Shown here: in pieces, positions 18,986-28,951 of the stretch
Position numbering within the stretch: the first letter of the stretch is position 1
How the letters are laid out: the number at the start of each line of letters is the position of its first letter
From: Candidatus Marinacidobacterium sp.
Lineage (GTDB): Bacteria > Acidobacteriota > Vicinamibacteria > Marinacidobacterales > Marinacidobacteraceae
Direction of reading: 5' to 3'
Assembly (NCBI GenBank): GCA_965204755.1
Contig: OZ242011.1
Coordinates: 1,504,001 to 1,568,000 of the forward strand
DNA: 64,000 bases
Notes under the pieces: model-generated
What the model was told of the DNA's origin: nothing
Database searches by the model: none
Seen by the model: the letters and a program-made list of their open reading frames with translations, nothing else
Program-made: the position numbers and the translations under genes

Positions 18986-20401
18986 CTAGCAGTCGTAGTA
19001 GAGCGCGAATTCCGCCGGGTGCGGGCGCTGGTCCATGTAGGCGAGTTCGTTGGCTCGCTTGTACCGGATCCAGGTGTCCACCACATCCGGCGTGAACACG
19101 CCGCCGCGCAGCAGGTAGTCGTGGTCGTCCTCCAACGCGCGGAGGGCGGCCTTGAGCGTGGGCGGCGTGTCCTTGATCTTGCGCTGTTCGTCTTCCGGCA
19201 GTTCGTAGATGTCCCGGTCAACCGGGTCGGGCGGCATCGTCTTGTTGAAGATGCCGTCGAGGCCGGCCATCAGCATGGCGGAAAACGCCAGGTAAGGATT
19301 GGCGCTCGGGTCCGGACACCGGAATTCCACGCGCTTCGCGGCCGGCGCCTGCGAATACATCGGGATCCGGATCGCGGCGGACCGGTTCCGCTGCGAGTAC
19401 ACCAACTTGATCGGCGCCTCGAACCCGGGCACCAGCCGGCGGTAGGAATTCGCGGTGGGGCAGGCGAAGGCGAGCAGCGAGCCGGCGTGCTCCAGCAGGC
19501 CGCCGATGAACCAAAGCCCCATCTCGGAGAGACCGGCGTAGCCGTCGCGGTCGTAGAAGAGGTTCTTCCCGTCGCGCCACAGGCTGAGGTGGCAGTGCAT
19601 CCCGGAGCCGTTGTCGCCGAACAGCGGTTTGGGCATGAAGGTGGCGGTGCGCCCGCAGTCGTTCGCCGTGTTCCGCACCGTGTGCTTGAACTTCATCAGC
19701 GCATCGGACATGCGGGTCAGCGGCTCGTACTTCAGGCCGATCTCGCACTGCCCGCCGCTTCCCACTTCCTGGTGGTGGAGTTCGGCGTCCACGCCGCAGA
19801 GGCGCAGGTTCGAGATCATCTGCGACCGGATGTCCTGGTAGGGATCCGTCGGCGGCATCCGGAAGTACGCTTCCTTGAGGCCCGGCTTGTGGGCCAGGTT
19901 CGGCTTCTCGTCCCGCCCGGTGTTCCACCCGCCCCAGGCGGAATCCACCCGGTAGAACGCCTCGTTGACCGTCTGGTCGAAACGGGCGTCGTCGAAAATG
20001 TAGAACTCGGCCTCCGGGCCGACATAGCAGGTGTCGGCGAGGCCGGAAGTGTTCAGGTAGCGGGTGGCCTTCTCGGCGATGTGGCGGGGATCGCGGGAAT
20101 AGAGTTCGAGAGTGACCGGATCCTTGACATTGCAGATGAACACCATCGTCGGATCCTTGTAGAAGGGATCCACGAACAGGGTGTCCGGGTCGGGGCGCAG
20201 CAGCATGTCGCTGTCTTCGATGCTCTGGAAGCCGCGCACCGAGGAGCCGTCGAAGCCCACGCCCTTGACGAACATGTCCTCCTCGAAGGCTTCCACCGCG
20301 TAGGTGATGTGCCGCCAACTGCCGAGGAGGTCCGCGAAGCGGAAGTCCACGAACCGGATGTCCCGGTCCGAGATCATGCGGCGGACTTGGCGCAGCGACA
20401 T
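18986..20401 (-). CDS. glnA: Glutamine synthetase type I
   Basis: FDGSS, GPEAEFY, HHQEV, TATFMPKP, NGSGMH, SYRRLVPGFEAP, RNRSAAIRIP; adenylylation-site Tyr kept (DIYEL). Confidence 0.97.
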   Translation of the reverse strand: MSLRQVRRMISDRDIRFVDFRFADLLGSWRHITYAVEAFEEDMFVKGVGFDGSSVRGFQSIEDSDMLLRPDPDTLFVDPFYKDPTMVFICNVKDPVTLELYSRDPRHIAEKATRYLNTSGLADTCYVGPEAEFYIFDDARFDQTVNEAFYRVDSAWGGWNTGRDEKPNLAHKPGLKEAYFRMPPTDPYQDIRSQMISNLRLCGVDAELHHQEVGSGGQCEIGLKYEPLTRMSDALMKFKHTVRNTANDCGRTATFMPKPLFGDNGSGMHCHLSLWRDGKNLFYDRDGYAGLSEMGLWFIGGLLEHAGSLLAFACPTANSYRRLVPGFEAPIKLVYSQRNRSAAIRIPMYSQAPAAKRVEFRCPDPSANPYLAFSAMLMAGLDGIFNKTMPPDPVDRDIYELPEDEQRKIKDTPPTLKAALRALEDDHDYLLRGGVFTPDVVDTWIRYKRANELAYMDQRPHPAEFALYYDC

Positions 20402-20410
20402 GGAGCGCCC

Positions 20411-20752
20411 CTAGCCGATCGCCTGCGAGCCGCGGTCCCCGGTGCGGATGCGGACGCAGTCGTGGAGGTCGGTGATCAGGATCTTGCCGTCGCCCGCCTT
20501 GCCGGTCTGGGCGCCGCGAAGGATGGCGCTCACCGTCCGCTCCACGAAGTCCTCGTTGACCGCCACATCCACGCGGACGCGCTTCAGGACATCCACCTGC
20601 GTCTGGATGCCCCGGAACTGGGCTTCGTAGCCCTTCTGGGTGCCGTGGCCGACGCCGGCGGTGATGGAGAACTTGCCGACCTGGGCGGCGAACAACTCTT
20701 CTTGCACCTTCGGCAGGACTTCGGGCTGGATCAGCGCGGTAATCAGTTTCAT
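20411..20752 (-). CDS. glnK: Nitrogen regulatory protein P-II
   Basis: MKLITALI, TGKAGDGKI, VRIRTG; adjacent to amtB. Confidence 0.9.
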   Translation of the reverse strand: MKLITALIQPEVLPKVQEELFAAQVGKFSITAGVGHGTQKGYEAQFRGIQTQVDVLKRVRVDVAVNEDFVERTVSAILRGAQTGKAGDGKILITDLHDCVRIRTGDRGSQAIG

Positions 20753-20783
20753 GGAGCAGCCACTCGCAGAGGTTGGGGCGCGG

Positions 20784-22175
20784 TCAGGAGGACAGGATCT
20801 GGAAGCCCGTGTAGGACTCCATGCCGTGTTCGTTCTCGTCGAGGCCGCGGATCTCTTCCTGGCGCGAGACCCTCAGGCCGAAGAGCGACTTGATGGTCAA
20901 GAAGACGAGTCCCATGGAAATGGCGACGAACAGGCCGGTGGAGAAAGTGCCGAGCGCCTGGATTCCCAACTGCTCGAAGCCGCCGCCGTAGAAGAGGCCT
21001 TCGCGGGCGAGGCCGAGGGACTCCCGCCCCCACAGGCCGACGGCGAGCGTGCCCCAGATGCCGCAGGCGCCGTGCACCGGGAACGCGCCGCAGGGATCGT
21101 CCACCTTGACTGCGTCGAGGAACTTGACCGCGAGCACGACCACGAAGCCGCCGGCGGCGCCGATCCAGATCGAGGCCGACGGACTCACGACCGCGCAGGG
21201 CGCGGTGACGGAGACCAGTCCGGCGAGGGCGCCGTTCATCGTGAAGAACAGGTCGGGCTTGCCGAACACGATCCAGGAGATCAGGGTGGTGGTCACCGCC
21301 CCGGACGCCGCGGCGAGGTTCGTGTTCACCGCGATCAACGAGATCGCCTCGCCGTCGCCGACCGCGAGGTTCGACCCGGCGTTGAAGCCGAACCAGCCGA
21401 ACCAGAGGATGAAGACGCCGAGGGAGGCCAGCGGCACCGAGTGCCCGGGAATCGCGTTGGCCTTGCCGTCCGGGGTGAACCGGCCGAGGCGGGGCCCCAG
21501 GATCCAGGCGCCGACGAACGCGGTGGCGCCGCCGGTCAGGTGGACGACGGTGGAGCCGGCGAAGTCGAAGAAGTCGAGTTGGGCGAGCCAGCCGCCGCCC
21601 CAGGTCCAGTGGCCGACGACCGGATAGACGAACGCGGAAATGATGAAGGAGTAGGCCAGGTAGGCGGTGAACTTCATCCGTTCCGCCATGCCGCCGGCGA
21701 CGATCGTGGCGGCGGCCCCGCAGAAGGCGGCCTGGAAGAGCCAGAAGGCCCACAGGGGCACATCGGCGGCGGACTCGGCGCCGATCAGGAGGAACCCGCT
21801 GGTGCCGAAGAACGCGTTCCCCTCGGAGAACATCAGCGCGTAGCCGAAGATGAAGAACCCGAGCGACGCCAAGCAGTAGTCGAGGAAGTTCTTCGTGAGG
21901 ATGTTCGAGGTGTTCTTCGCCCGGATGAAGCCCGCCTCGAGCATCCCGAACCCGCACTGCATCAGGAACACGAGGAACGCGGACAGCAACACGAACAGCG
22001 TGTCGAGGCCGACCGCATGCGCGGCGGGACCGCCTTCCTGGGCGGAGGCCGGCTCCGCGGCGAAGAGGGCGGCGAAGAGGCCGAGGGCGAGAGCCGGGCC
22101 GAGGCGGAGGCGCCGCCTTCGCGCCGCCGCGCGGTCGGAAGACCGGAACGCCGAAGAGAGAAATCGCCCGATCAT
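20784..22175 (-). CDS. amtB: Ammonium transporter (start approximate)
   Basis: MQCGFGMLEAG, GGMAER, DFAGSTVVH, LWFGWFGFN, NGALAGLV, VDDP...PVHG. Confidence 0.95.
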   Translation of the reverse strand: MIGRFLSSAFRSSDRAAARRRRLRLGPALALGLFAALFAAEPASAQEGGPAAHAVGLDTLFVLLSAFLVFLMQCGFGMLEAGFIRAKNTSNILTKNFLDYCLASLGFFIFGYALMFSEGNAFFGTSGFLLIGAESAADVPLWAFWLFQAAFCGAAATIVAGGMAERMKFTAYLAYSFIISAFVYPVVGHWTWGGGWLAQLDFFDFAGSTVVHLTGGATAFVGAWILGPRLGRFTPDGKANAIPGHSVPLASLGVFILWFGWFGFNAGSNLAVGDGEAISLIAVNTNLAAASGAVTTTLISWIVFGKPDLFFTMNGALAGLVSVTAPCAVVSPSASIWIGAAGGFVVVLAVKFLDAVKVDDPCGAFPVHGACGIWGTLAVGLWGRESLGLAREGLFYGGGFEQLGIQALGTFSTGLFVAISMGLVFLTIKSLFGLRVSRQEEIRGLDENEHGMESYTGFQILSS

Positions 22176-22424
22176 GGAAGAAAGAGTTCCTGCTGAGTTG
22201 GCCGCGGGGCGCTGTCGAACATCCGGAGCATCCATTGGAGGGGGGTTGATGGAATCGGTTCCCGGCGGAGGCGGGCGCCGAACCGCGTCGCGCCCGGCCG
22301 CCGCCTGCACGGGGAGGTTCACCGTCCCGTCAGCGAACGCCGTTTCCCGGCGCGCCGCGGAAACGGAGCCGCGAAGGGCCGAAAGGAATTTCGGCCGCCC
22401 GTCGGGCTCCCGGCGGGGCGGGCA

Positions 22425-22454
22425 ATAGTACGGACGCAGCCGGGCGGGAGTCAA
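22425..22454 (-). promoter_or_regulatory. Sigma-70-type promoter for amtB-glnK-glnA
   Basis: TTGACT-N18-TACTAT on the minus strand. Confidence 0.6.
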
Positions 22455-22711
22455 TACACAAATTCGCGCGGGGTCGGTCGGGCGCGGGCGCCGACGACGA
22501 ACCCTCCGCTCGACGGGCCGAGCGGGTCGGCCGCGGGCGGCGCTCGCCGGGAGGGCGGCCCGGGGGACGGGGCGGACCGCCCGTGGAGAAAGTCCGGCCG
22601 GGAGCGCCGGGCAGGGCGGAGCGCCGGGTAGAGCGGAGCGCCGCGCGAAGGAGTGCGGGGAGGGGGTTCCCCTGCCCGCGGGCCGCTGACGCGGCCGGTT
22701 GCGCAACCGAA

Positions 22712-23088
22712 TGGTGGAGGCGGCGGGAATCGAACCCGCGTCCGAAAGCCTTCCACAGCGACCTCTACATGCTTAGCCGCGTCGTGGCGGGGAACTGCGC
22801 CCGAGGGCGCGCTCCCCTTTTCGCCTCCGCGCCGCATCGACCCGGCGAGTCGCGGCGTGGACGCTATCCCTGGGGTTTCGCCGCCGGCGCGGGAGAACCG
22901 TCGGCTGAGCCCGCCTCGTCGTCGCCCCTTCCCGCCCGGCAGGCGTGGTCAGGAGGGGCGTGACGGCCTAAGCCGCCAGAGCCAGTTCAGTGTTGTTGGC
23001 TTGTGTGTGGTTTCCACCGTTCGCGAGAGGTGGACCCTCGGCATGCAATCGCTGCTTCCTGTACCTTCGTCGAACCCAGTACGCCCCC
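22712..23088 (-). ncRNA. ssrA: tmRNA; tag peptide (A)ANNTELALAA* at 23000-22968
   Basis: 5' GGGGGCGTACTGGGTTCGAC, 3' GGTTCGATTCCCGCCGCCTCCACCA, internal tag ORF ending ALAA-stop. Confidence 0.95.
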
Positions 23089-23171
23089 TCCTTTTCGGTG
23101 AGATCTTCCGGTGAGTTCCGGGTGGCCCGGCGCGGGATGCGCCGGGCGAACGGCTACCATTCTAGCAGCCC

Positions 23172-25478
23172 GTGACGACACTCCGGTGCCGCAGAGGCGG
23201 GAAGGCTCTCGCATCCGCGGGGCGGAGCCGTCGGCGGTTTGCGTTCTTCGCCGGCGCCCTCCCGGTCGTTCTCGCGGCCATCCTGCTGTTCCGGCCGGGT
23301 TTCGGCGCGCCGCCGGGCCCGGACGCCGTCCCCCCGATCGCCTGGGCGGAACTCGAGACCCCGCCGGCCGACTTGGCGGCGGTCCACCGGGCGAGCCGGA
23401 TCGAGAACGCGGGGGCGCGGCGAACGGCGCTCCAAGCGATCGCCGACGACGAGGCGCTCGCCGCCCGGACCCGGGCCGCCGCATCGTTCCGTCTCGGCCG
23501 CGACGCCCTCCGTCGGGGGCGCTGGACGGAGGCCGCCGAGCGGCTGGGCGCGCCGGAACTCGCCCGGAGCGAACTCGCCGCCGACGCCATGCACCTCCTC
23601 GCGGCCAACCTGCCCGGGGCGAAGCGCGACGAAGCCATCGCCCGCCTCGAGACGCTGCTCGCGGAGCATCCGGACTACCGCAAGACGCCCGCGGTCCGGC
23701 TGCTGCTCGGTCAGCGGCTCGCCGCGGCCGGCCGCCGGGAGGACGCCCTGCCCCACTTCGCGGCGGCGGCGGAGGGCGGGGCCGACCTCCGGGGGGACGC
23801 GCTCGCCGCGCAGGCGGCGGCGCTCGAGCGGCTGGGCCGGTTCGAGGACGCGGTCCGCGCGCTGGAGACCCTCTACTACGACCTGCCGACCCATGCGGAG
23901 TCGCTGAATGCCGGACGCCGCCTGACCCGGCTCTACCGCGGTCCGAACGCGGCGTCTCCCCCGCCGGAGGAGCGGTACCCGCGGGCGATGGCCCGCGCCG
24001 CCGGGTTCGCCTCGGCCGGGAACCACCGCCGGGCCCACGAGAACTACCGGGAGATCGCCCGCCGCTTCTCTTCGGTGGCGGACACGGAACTGGTCCGCCT
24101 CCGGATCGGGATCTCGGAGTTCCATCGGGGCCGGCTCAGCGCCTCCCTCCGGACGCTCGCCCGGATCACCCGGGAGGACCTGCGTCCGGCGGCGCTCTAC
24201 TACCGGGGCGAGTCCCTCCGGCGCTTGGAGCGGCTGACCACGCAGAGCCGGATCCTCGAGGAACTGCTGGAACTCGAGACCGAGCACCCCTACGGGGCGC
24301 GGGCCCTCTACAGTCTGGCCCGCGCCCGGCTGGCGGAGAACGACCGGGAGGCCGCGGTTCCCTACCTCCGGCGGCTGGCCGCCGGCTACCCGCATTCCGG
24401 TCACGCGGTGTTCGCGGTCTGGCACGACCTGTGGGACCTCTACCGGAACGGGGACTTCGAGCGGACCGCGCCGGCCTTCGAGCGGGCCGCCCGCGAGCAC
24501 CCCGGGGACTTCCGCGCCGGGCAGTTCCTGTACTTTTCCGGGCGGGCGGGGGAACGGCTCGACCGGGGCCGCGAGGCCGCCGAGCGCTATCGCGAGGTGG
24601 TCCTCGGCTACCGGAACTCGTTCTACGGGCGGCGGGCGGCGGACCGGCTCGCGGCGTCCTCGCTGGCCGAGCCGACCGTGGAGAACCCGATCACGGAGCG
24701 GGGGCTGCTCCTCGACCGGTTCCGCGTCCGCCGAACCCGGGAAGCCGCCCTCGTGGCGGAACTCCACGCCGCCGGGGCCTCGGACCGGGCCCGCGAAGCG
24801 GCAGCGGCCGCGGCGGGCGCCGGAGAACCGGACGACGCGGCGTTCGGGGCGATGGAGGCGTGGCTGCTGGCGCGCGAGGGGAAGAATGTGCCCTCGATCC
24901 AGGCGATGCGCCGGGCGGCGCCGTTCTTCACCTCGGCCGCCGGCGACCTGCTCCCGGACGAGTATTGGCGGCTGCTCTACCCGCTCCGCTACATCGAAGG
25001 CGTGAAGGAGCAGTCGGCGCGCCGGAACCTGGATCCGTTCCTGGTGGCCGGGCTCATCCGGCAGGAGTCGGCCTTCGCGCCGCGGACCCGGTCCCCGGTG
25101 GGCGCCCGCGGTCTCATGCAGATCATGCCCGGCACCGGGCGCGCGCTGGCCCGGGTCGAGGGGCTGCGCTGGCGGCTCTCCGGGCTCTACGACCCCGGAG
25201 TGAACATCCGGTTCGGCACCCGCTACCTGCGGCAGTTGCTGGACGAATTCGGCGGGCGGCGGGACTACGCGCTCGCCGGCTACAACGCCGGGCCGCACCG
25301 GGTGCGCAATTGGACCGGGATGGACCTGGAGATCGCCTCCGAGCGGTTCATCGAGGAGATCCCCTTCACCGAGACCCGGAACTATGTGAAGTTGATCCTG
25401 CGGAACGAGATGCTCTACCGGCGCCTCTACCCGGAACTGGCGGACCCTCCGGCCGAGGCGGCGCCCGACCGCGGATGA
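23172..25478 (+). CDS. Soluble lytic transglycosylase (Slt70-like) with TPR repeats
   Basis: IRQES, GARGLMQIMP, ALAGYNAG, ETRNYV. Confidence 0.9.
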   Translation: MTTLRCRRGGKALASAGRSRRRFAFFAGALPVVLAAILLFRPGFGAPPGPDAVPPIAWAELETPPADLAAVHRASRIENAGARRTALQAIADDEALAARTRAAASFRLGRDALRRGRWTEAAERLGAPELARSELAADAMHLLAANLPGAKRDEAIARLETLLAEHPDYRKTPAVRLLLGQRLAAAGRREDALPHFAAAAEGGADLRGDALAAQAAALERLGRFEDAVRALETLYYDLPTHAESLNAGRRLTRLYRGPNAASPPPEERYPRAMARAAGFASAGNHRRAHENYREIARRFSSVADTELVRLRIGISEFHRGRLSASLRTLARITREDLRPAALYYRGESLRRLERLTTQSRILEELLELETEHPYGARALYSLARARLAENDREAAVPYLRRLAAGYPHSGHAVFAVWHDLWDLYRNGDFERTAPAFERAAREHPGDFRAGQFLYFSGRAGERLDRGREAAERYREVVLGYRNSFYGRRAADRLAASSLAEPTVENPITERGLLLDRFRVRRTREAALVAELHAAGASDRAREAAAAAAGAGEPDDAAFGAMEAWLLAREGKNVPSIQAMRRAAPFFTSAAGDLLPDEYWRLLYPLRYIEGVKEQSARRNLDPFLVAGLIRQESAFAPRTRSPVGARGLMQIMPGTGRALARVEGLRWRLSGLYDPGVNIRFGTRYLRQLLDEFGGRRDYALAGYNAGPHRVRNWTGMDLEIASERFIEEIPFTETRNYVKLILRNEMLYRRLYPELADPPAEAAPDRG

Positions 25479-27817
25479 AGGCGCCTGGAGAGGCGAAGGA
25501 GGCAGGCGCGGCAGGGGCCCACGGCGGCGCGGCGGGCGCGGGGCGGCCGCCCGGGCCGGGCGCCGGCCGCGCGGCGGGGATCCTGGCGGCGGCGCTCGCG
25601 GCGGCGGGAATCGCCGCGGCGCCCGGGATCGCCGCGGAGGAGCGGCCCGCCGGGAGCGGCGGGGCCGAGGGCGGGCGACCGGCCCGGGGTGAGCGGCCCG
25701 CCGAAGGCGGCGGACCGAGCGAAGGCCGCCGGCGCGCCGGGATCGGCCGCCTCTTCGAGGGTCGGGCGGCGGCGACCACCGGTTCCTCGTCCCGCCTCGT
25801 CGAGCGCCCCGGCGCCGAGGAGCACGCCGCAGCCCGGCAACGGCTCGACGCCGGCGACTTCGCCGGGGCGGTCGAATCGGCCTTCGACGCGCTGCTCCGC
25901 TCCCGGGAGTTCGCGCCGGAGGATTGGGGCGGCGAAGCGCCGGAGGGGAACCTCGTGCTCGACGACTTCGCCGGAGCGGCGGCCGCCGCCTACCGGGCAG
26001 CCCGCCAAGCCTACCGGGCGACGCTCGCTGCCGCCCTGGCCGGCGCGGGCGACTTCGCCGGGGCGGAGGCCGAATATCGCCGGCTGATCGCGCTCGACCC
26101 CCGGTCGGAACACCTCGCGAGACTCGCGGACCTCCCCGGCGTCGCGCCGGAGGAGCGGGTCCGGCTGCTCCTCCGCGCCTGGGCCGCTGCGCCGGCGGCG
26201 GAGCGCGGGGCGGCCCTCGAACGCCTCCGGGAGAGCGGCGCCTTCCGCACCGCGAACGGACTCGCCGCCGCCCTCGACCGGTTCCGCTTCGACGATCCGG
26301 ACGCCTTCCGCGGCCGCCCGCCGGAAGGGCTGGAGTTGAGATCGACCCCGTTCCCGCCGCTGACGATCGCGGTCGAAGGGGGCGCGTACTCCACCGGGAG
26401 GTCCTTCGGCGAAGGCCGCTCGCTGCTCCTCTACTTCCCCGGACGCGGCTGTCCCCGCTGCGGGGAGTTGATCGGCGACCTCCAGGTCGTTCTCCGGGAA
26501 CGCCGGGTGGATGTGGTCTTCGCCGCGCAGGACGCGGAACTGCCGCTGCTCCGCCGGGCGGCCGAACTCACCGGCGCGGGCCTCTTCCAGCCGGAGCCGC
26601 ACACCGCCGCCGGCCGTTCGGCGCTCACGCCGCGTCCGGTCGCCCATGTGGCCCGGCGGGCGGCGCTCGACTTCCGACCGGGCCGCGATGCGGAGGAAAC
26701 CCTCTGGCTCGCCGCCCGGGGCGGGCTGAGTGTCCTTCGCGCCCGGCTCGGCGACGGGGATTCGCCGCGGCGGCTGGTGGCCGCCCTGTTCGACTTCCTC
26801 GACGATTCGCCGGTCGCCGGCCGCCCGGAACCGCTTTCCTCGGCGCCCGCGGACTCCGACTCCCCCGAGTCGCTGATCGAGGCGCTCCGCCGGCTCGAGG
26901 CCGGCGGGGAGCCGCTCGCCGACCTCGAACGGGCGCTCCTCGGGAGCGTGCGGAGCCGGGTGCGGCAGGAAGCGGAACCGGCGGAATTCGCGCGCCGGTT
27001 GCTGGCGTCCGCCGCCGGGCTTCGCGGGAGTACCGGAACCAAATTGCGCCTCCTCGGGGCGATGGCCCCCGAGTTCGGGACGCGGTCGCTGGAAGCCGCG
27101 CAGGCCCGCGACGCGCTGGTGATCGGGCCGGCCTCCGGCGGCAGGGTCGCCGTCGCCGTCGGAAGCGGGGCGGGCGAGGGTTGGACGGCGGCGCTGCGCG
27201 AGTACGAGAGGTACGGCGGCGGCCGGCGGGTCCTCGCGGTGACGACCCGGGAGGTCCCGGGCGGCGGCCCGGGAATCGTTCGGGCCCTCGACCTGTTCGC
27301 CGGGCGGGTCGGGAGGGCGGCGGCGCGGGAGGACGGATTCGCGTTCTCCTGGCGCGAAGGCCCCGACCGGACGAGTTGCGCGGCCTGGGGGCCGCCGACC
27401 GGCCCGCTGGAGCGGCTCTGCCCGGCCCAAATCGGCCCCGCAGGCGAAATCCTCGTCCGAACGCCGCAACTGGTCGCCTTCCCCGGCGAGAGCGATCCGC
27501 CGGCGGGCGGGCCGGAGACGCTCCTGCGGGCCGACGGCGGCGCAGACGCGCCGGAAGCGGCGCTTCTCGGCGCCGGCCGGGAGGCGGCCGCCGCCGGGGA
27601 TCTCGCCGCCGCCGAGACCGCGTTCCGGGGGGCGCTCGAAGCTATCGGGCCGGGTTCCCCGGTGGATGCGGCGGCGGTCCGCTACGACCTGGCCGTCGTC
27701 CGGGCCGCCCGCGGGGAGCGGGACGAAGCGCTCGCGAGGTTGCTCGCGCTCGGGGACGCTTCCTTCCCGGCGACGCTCGAACAGGCCGTCGCCCGGCTCT
27801 ACCGGGAAGGCCGGTAG
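25475..27817 (+). CDS. Secreted hypothetical protein with TPR-like helices and a thioredoxin-like CxxC
   Basis: ATGA overlap with slt; signal-like segment; LLLYFPGRGCPRC. Confidence 0.6.
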   Translation: MKAPGEAKEAGAAGAHGGAAGAGRPPGPGAGRAAGILAAALAAAGIAAAPGIAAEERPAGSGGAEGGRPARGERPAEGGGPSEGRRRAGIGRLFEGRAAATTGSSSRLVERPGAEEHAAARQRLDAGDFAGAVESAFDALLRSREFAPEDWGGEAPEGNLVLDDFAGAAAAAYRAARQAYRATLAAALAGAGDFAGAEAEYRRLIALDPRSEHLARLADLPGVAPEERVRLLLRAWAAAPAAERGAALERLRESGAFRTANGLAAALDRFRFDDPDAFRGRPPEGLELRSTPFPPLTIAVEGGAYSTGRSFGEGRSLLLYFPGRGCPRCGELIGDLQVVLRERRVDVVFAAQDAELPLLRRAAELTGAGLFQPEPHTAAGRSALTPRPVAHVARRAALDFRPGRDAEETLWLAARGGLSVLRARLGDGDSPRRLVAALFDFLDDSPVAGRPEPLSSAPADSDSPESLIEALRRLEAGGEPLADLERALLGSVRSRVRQEAEPAEFARRLLASAAGLRGSTGTKLRLLGAMAPEFGTRSLEAAQARDALVIGPASGGRVAVAVGSGAGEGWTAALREYERYGGGRRVLAVTTREVPGGGPGIVRALDLFAGRVGRAAAREDGFAFSWREGPDRTSCAAWGPPTGPLERLCPAQIGPAGEILVRTPQLVAFPGESDPPAGGPETLLRADGGADAPEAALLGAGREAAAAGDLAAAETAFRGALEAIGPGSPVDAAAVRYDLAVVRAARGERDEALARLLALGDASFPATLEQAVARLYREGR

Positions 27818-27859
27818 GGAAAGCCCGGCCCGCGCCCCCTCGGCCAGGGGGCGGCGACC

Positions 27860-28951
27860 TCAGTCGGGCGCGGCGAAGACGGCGCGGAGGGCGGCGGCCG
27901 CCGGGCGGACGGTCTCCGGGGTCGCCCAGCCCAAGTGGCCGATGCGGAGGACTTTCCCCGCGAGGCGCCCGAGGCCGCCGGCGAGCGTGACGCCGTGTTC
28001 CTCCCGGAGGCGCGCCGCCGCCGCCGGCCAGTCCGTTTCCGGGGGCAGGTAGGCGGCGGTGACCGTCGGGGACGCCCACTCCTCGGGGGCGACCGCCTCC
28101 AGGCCGGCGCCGGCGATGGCCCGGCGGGCCTCCGCCGCCGCGGCCCGGTGCCGGCGGAAGACGGCTTCCCGGCCCTCTTCGAGCAGGAGCGCGGCGCCGG
28201 CTTCGAGCGCGTGGAACACCGGGAGCGCCGGGGTGAACGGCAGGGTGCCCCGGTTGCGGGCTTCGCGGTAGCGGGCGAAGTCGAAGTAGAAGCGCGGGAG
28301 CCGCGCTTCGGCCTCCCGGGCCTCGGCGCGGGGGGAGGTCCAGACCATCGCCGCCCCGGGAGGAAGCCCCCAAGCCTTCTGCGACGCCGTGAACACCACA
28401 TCGAAGTCGTCCACCGCGAGCGGCGCGGCGCCGAGGCTCGACACCGCGTCCACGAGCGCCAGCGCCCCGCTGAATTCGCGGACGACCCGGAGGAGGGCGT
28501 CCACCGGGTGCAGGACGCCGGTGGAGGTCTCGGAGTGCGTGAGCAGCACCGCCTTCGTCCCGGGTTCCGCGCGGAGCGCCCGGCGCAGGGCCTCCGGGTC
28601 CGCCGGACGGCCCCACTCCGTCTCCAGCGACCGGCACTCCAGGCCGAAGGCCCGCGCCACGCCCAGGAACCGCTCGGCGAACTGGCCTCCCCCGAGACCG
28701 AGGACCCGGTCCCCGGGAGAGAGGTGGTTGGCGAGCGACGCCTCCATCGCCCCGGTGCCGGAAGCGGTCAGCAGCAGCGGCGGGCGCGCGGTTCCGAGGT
28801 ACTGCCGCAGCGACTCGGAGATCCGCTCGAGCAACGCCCGCATCTCCGGCCCCCGGTAGTTCATCGCCGGGCGGGTCATCGCCCGTTCCACCGCCGGGTG
28901 GACCGGGGTGGGCCCGGGAACGAGGAGCGCCGGCGGGTCTCCCCGGCTCAC
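27860..28951 (-). CDS. Class V PLP aminotransferase (alanine-glyoxylate/serine-pyruvate type)
   Basis: VPGPT, SGTGAMEA, HSETSTG, VDAVSS, SQKAW, RIGHLG. Confidence 0.9.
   Translation of the reverse strand: MSRGDPPALLVPGPTPVHPAVERAMTRPAMNYRGPEMRALLERISESLRQYLGTARPPLLLTASGTGAMEASLANHLSPGDRVLGLGGGQFAERFLGVARAFGLECRSLETEWGRPADPEALRRALRAEPGTKAVLLTHSETSTGVLHPVDALLRVVREFSGALALVDAVSSLGAAPLAVDDFDVVFTASQKAWGLPPGAAMVWTSPRAEAREAEARLPRFYFDFARYREARNRGTLPFTPALPVFHALEAGAALLLEEGREAVFRRHRAAAAEARRAIAGAGLEAVAPEEWASPTVTAAYLPPETDWPAAAARLREEHGVTLAGGLGRLAGKVLRIGHLGWATPETVRPAAAALRAVFAAPD

Noticed and set aside
22460-22712. tmRNA 3' end as a prophage or island integration site
   Set aside because: No integrase and no duplicated 3' fragment seen; followed by housekeeping nitrogen genes
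23111-27817. Single 1568-aa protein
   Set aside because: The 5' half is an alternative frame of slt; the real gene most likely starts at ATG 25475
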